Below are positions 61,102-64,000 of a DNA stretch of 64,000 nt, in pieces. Every line of letters starts with the position of its first letter. Position 1 is the stretch's first letter. The position numbers were made by a program, and so were the translations under genes. Location of the stretch: the NCBI GenBank assembly GCA_021788015.1, contig JAJYLD010000006.1, forward strand, positions 1,744-65,743, read 5' to 3'. The DNA is from a bacterium (lineage in GTDB: Bacteria; Patescibacteriota; Patescibacteriia; Patescibacteriales; JAKAJF01). The notes beneath the pieces were generated by a model. The model ran no database searches, had not been told where the DNA came from, and was given only the letters and a program-made list of their open reading frames with translations.

Positions 61102-61737
61102 TTATTTTTTTCTTCCGTAAATGATATAAATCAAACCTTTAAAGTAAAAAAGAACGGTTATAAAATACCAAATCAAGGTGAAAACGGCCGCGATTAAAAA
61201 CATTTGGGCGTAATAAGTGCCGTTGATTGTGTAAACAACTATATCTCTCGACGAATCGCAATTTATATTTTTCGGAAGCAGGCAATATTTTTTTGTTTTT
61301 TCTTGATTTAAACTCGCAAGCAGGGCGGATTTTAAAACATTTTTCGAAAGATTTTTTTGCCCCTGGTTTTCGGCAACGATCAAATTCACGACAACGTCCG
61401 CGTTTCTTTCAAAATCGGGATTACAAATTCCGTTTTGCAAATCAGCGGAAGAAATCCTGTCAATAATTTTGGTATCCGGGTTATAACATCCCAGGATTCC
61501 TCTTTGTCGAAGAAAGCTCGGAATCGTATTGTCGATGTTAAGATCGCTCGAAGCCGTAAAATCTCCCAGATCGCCGATAACGGTTGTATTGGCGCTCGTC
61601 TCCATAATTCTTCCCGGGAAATAACGCAACCAGAAAAAGAAAATTAAAATCGTAGAAATGGCGAACGCCACTTTAAACAATCGATGCCACCATTTTTCTT
61701 CAAGCTCCGGTCTCTGAAAATCTTTAAAAAAATTCAT
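61102..61737 (-). CDS. Two-TM membrane protein with a Cys-containing extracytoplasmic domain, first gene of the ECF sigma operon
   Basis: 211 aa with TM helices near both termini. 39 nt upstream of the sigma gene. No anti-sigma motif recognised. Confidence 0.5.
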   Translation of the reverse strand: MNFFKDFQRPELEEKWWHRLFKVAFAISTILIFFFWLRYFPGRIMETSANTTVIGDLGDFTASSDLNIDNTIPSFLRQRGILGCYNPDTKIIDRISSADLQNGICNPDFERNADVVVNLIVAENQGQKNLSKNVLKSALLASLNQEKTKKYCLLPKNINCDSSRDIVVYTINGTYYAQMFLIAAVFTLIWYFITVLFYFKGLIYIIYGRKK

Positions 61738-61836
61738 ATTTATTTTTATTTTTTCCGCGAATTGCGAAATATAATTATAACCTCGCCTTCATAACGGAAA
61801 TATTTGTAAATTTGTATTTGATTTATAAATGGCAAA

Positions 61837-61964
61837 ATTAAAAAAACCGACTCATAATTAATAAAAACAATTATTAATCAATAGTCGGTTTCGCCATTGG
61901 CTCCTCGCGAACTCGGGCGACCATTCGATATTTGCTTACGCGAGTTCAGCCCCTATTAATTTGT
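61837..61964 (-). ncRNA. Candidate ~130-nt leader or sRNA (structured G+C-rich segment plus long terminator hairpin)
   Basis: Starts about 7 nt after TAGAAT. GAACUCG/CGAGUUC stem. Hairpin AAACCGACU..AGUCGGUUU (61844-61891) plus U-run. 100 nt upstream of the 61737 start. Confidence 0.4.
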
Positions 61965-61970
61965 TACGGT

Positions 61971-61999
61971 ATTCTAGCACGGAGAAGTTAAAAAGTCAA
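61971..61999 (-). promoter_or_regulatory. Sigma-70-type promoter TTGACT-17-TAGAAT
   Basis: Minus strand: TTGACT (61999-61994), 17-nt spacer, TAGAAT (61976-61971). Confidence 0.5.
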
Positions 62000-62049
62000 T
62001 ATTCAAAAAATCAAATTTCCGCCTAAAATGTCTCGGTGTCGCGCTCCTC

Positions 62050-62078
62050 TTGCCCATGTCGGAAATATCCTGTATAAT
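62050..62078 (+). promoter_or_regulatory. Putative uvrA promoter TTGCCC-17-TATAAT with a GGAAATATCC palindrome in the spacer
   Basis: -35 at 62050-62055, -10 at 62073-62078, GGAAATATCC at 62061-62070. Confidence 0.4.
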
Positions 62079-62106
62079 AAATTCGTTTAATCGTCAAGAC
62101 TAATTT

Positions 62107-64000
62107 ATGCCTAATGTTATAAAAATCAAAGGGGCTCGCGTCCATAATCTTAAAAATATCGATGTTGAAATACCGAGGGACAAGCTCGTGGTCATAACGG
62201 GACTGTCGGGATCGGGCAAGTCGAGTTTGGCCTTCGATACAATCTACGCCGAAGGACAAAGAAGGTATGTCGAATCTCTCTCCGCCTACGCCCGCCAATT
62301 TATCGGAATGATGGAAAAGGCGGACGTGGATTTAATCGAAGGATTGTCCCCCGCGATTTCCATCGATCAAAAATCGGCTTCGCACAATCCGCGCTCAACG
62401 GTGGGAACGGTAACGGAAATTTACGATTACCTCCGACTTTTGTTTTCCCGGATCGGCGTGCCTCATTGTCCTCAATGCGGCCAGAAAATAAAACAATATT
62501 CGATTGACGAAATAGTGGATCAAGTTTATAAAAATTTTTCTCACGATGATGTTATGATTCTCTCTCCTTTGATTAAAGACAAAAAGGGAGAACATAAAAA
62601 TATTCTGGAAAGAATCGCCAAAGTCGGTTATTCGAGAGTGAGGTTCGATGGGAAAATTTACAGCCTGGAAGAAGCGGAAGACATGAAAGTCGACAAACAG
62701 AGAAAACATAATCTCGATATTTTGATCGATCGCGTCAAAATAGAAAACAACAAAGACGATTTGGCGAGATTGACCGAAGGCATTGAAAAAGCCTTGGAGC
62801 TGGCGAACGGTTTGGTCACCATTTTAAACATGCCCAAAGAAAAAGAAAAGGGGAAGGAATCGACTTTTTCTCAGCTTTTCGCCTGCCCGGACTGCGGAAT
62901 CAGTTTGCCCGAAATCGAACCGAGAAACTTCTCTTTCAATTCCCCGCACGGAGCATGCCCCGATTGTTCCGGTTTGGGCACGAAATTGGAAATAGATCCG
63001 AAATTGATTTTGAACCCCAATTTAACAATCGCGCAAGGCGGGATAAAACCATGGTCCCATAGCACGACGGGCGGCCAGACTTGGCTTATGCGCATCTTGG
63101 GCACGGTAGCCCAAGCGAATGGCTTCGATTTGAATACGCCGCTAAAAGATTTGACAAAAAAACAAATGGACATAGTTTTATACGGCACCGGCGGAAAAAG
63201 TTATAATGTCGATTATGAAAATGAAAGATTCTCGGGAGAACTCTCCACTGAATTCGAAGGCGTGATTCCCAATCTCGAAAGAAGATACGAACAAACCGAA
63301 TCGGATTATGTTCGCAAGGAAATCGAAGGTTATATGCGAGTTTTAATCTGCCCGACTTGCGAAGGCAAAAGATTGAAGCCGGAAATGCTTGCCGTGAAAG
63401 TCGCGGATCGTTCGATTTACGACGTGACGAGCAAGACGATCTCCGAAGCGAAAAAATTCTTCTCCGGTCTCGAAACCGGCAACGAATTGTCGGCGCGCGA
63501 TAAAAAAATCGCTTCTCAGATTTTAAAAGAAATCCGCACCCGCCTTTCGTTTTTATCCAATGTCGGTCTCGATTATCTTACGCTAAGCCGAACGGCCAAC
63601 ACTTTATCCGGCGGCGAAGCGCAACGCATCAGGCTCGCCACTCAAATCGGTTCGGCTTTAACCGGAGTTTTATACGTCCTGGACGAACCGTCGATCGGAT
63701 TGCACCAGAAAGACAATGACAAATTGATTGAGACTTTAAAAACTCTGCGCGATCTGGGCAATACGGTTATCGTCGTCGAACACGACGAAGCGACCATGGA
63801 AGCGGCGGACTGGATTTTGGATATCGGTCCCGGAGCCGGCGAACACGGCGGCGAAGTTATCGCTGACGGAACGCCGACGCAAGTTAAAAAATCGGCGAAA
63901 TCTTTAACCGGTCAATACTTGTCCGGAAAGAAAACGATTCCCGCTCCGGCCAAATACCGCGCGGGTGGCGGCAAATCAATTAAAATCATCGGCGCTAGCG
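62107..64000 (+). CDS. uvrA: Excinuclease ABC subunit A (5' ~630 codons; runs off the window end)
   Basis: Hand translation from the ATG at 62107: [65 protein letters not shown].. Absent from the ORF track because there is no stop in the window. Confidence 0.95.
   Translation, partial: MPNVIKIKGARVHNLKNIDVEIPRDKLVVITGLSGSGKSSLAFDTIYAEGQRRYVESLSAYARQFIGMMEKADVDLIEGLSPAISIDQKSASHNPRSTVGTVTEIYDYLRLLFSRIGVPHCPQCGQKIKQYSIDEIVDQVYKNFSHDDVMILSPLIKDKKGEHKNILERIAKVGYSRVRFDGKIYSLEEAEDMKVDKQRKHNLDILIDRVKIENNKDDLARLTEGIEKALELANGLVTILNMPKEKEKGKESTFSQLFACPDCGISLPEIEPRNFSFNSPHGACPDCSGLGTKLEIDPKLILNPNLTIAQGGIKPWSHSTTGGQTWLMRILGTVAQANGFDLNTPLKDLTKKQMDIVLYGTGGKSYNVDYENERFSGELSTEFEGVIPNLERRYEQTESDYVRKEIEGYMRVLICPTCEGKRLKPEMLAVKVADRSIYDVTSKTISEAKKFFSGLETGNELSARDKKIASQILKEIRTRLSFLSNVGLDYLTLSRTANTLSGGEAQRIRLATQIGSALTGVLYVLDEPSIGLHQKDNDKLIETLKTLRDLGNTVIVVEHDEATMEAADWILDIGPGAGEHGGEVIADGTPTQVKKSAKSLTGQYLSGKKTIPAPAKYRAGGGKSIKIIGAS

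Noticed and set aside
62023-63188. Minus-strand ORFs 62023..62298, 62395..62709 and 62871..63188
   Set aside because: They lie antisense to an unmistakable uvrA reading frame (62107 onward), which the ORF track omits only because it has no stop in the window.

Overview
AT-rich, gene-dense bacterial window that uses the standard genetic code, since TGA and TAA both terminate clear genes. By gene content it resembles a small-genome CPR/Patescibacteria-type organism; that assignment is inference only. Housekeeping content: aspS, pheS/pheT, map, a complete type IV pilus operon (pilM-N-O-x-pilB-RR-pilT-pilC) and many DNA repair genes (recO, ruvX, radA, recG, mpg, a UvrD-like helicase-nuclease, rmuC, lexA, 5' part of uvrA). 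There are two tRNAs, Ser-GCU and Arg-GCG. Accessory content: (1) a decayed island next to tRNA-Ser, carrying a type IIS-like R-M system (fused m5C+m6A methyltransferase and an HNH endonuclease) coupled to lexA, a ClpP-like/GIY-YIG gene pair, and several gene fragments; (2) an ECF sigma module with two paralogous secreted Leu/Gly-repeat proteins, each behind a TGTAAC-N17-CGTA promoter, next to a TraB/GumN-like protein; (3) a G+C-rich block at about 34.3-40.7 kb. The most unusual content is non-coding. A modular, hairpin-rich repeat family has at least 7 intergenic copies, all in one orientation. A second CCCTCC/GGAGGG hairpin family is also present. Heptamer tandem arrays occur in intergenic regions and inside one ORF. 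GC-rich perfect palindromes sit at and inside an IS200-like Y1 transposase gene and inside mpg. A palindromic element is inserted in-frame in two helicase genes. Two candidate RNAs are bounded by a promoter and a terminator. All calls come from reading the sequence and ORF translations by eye; no searches, folding or statistics were run.
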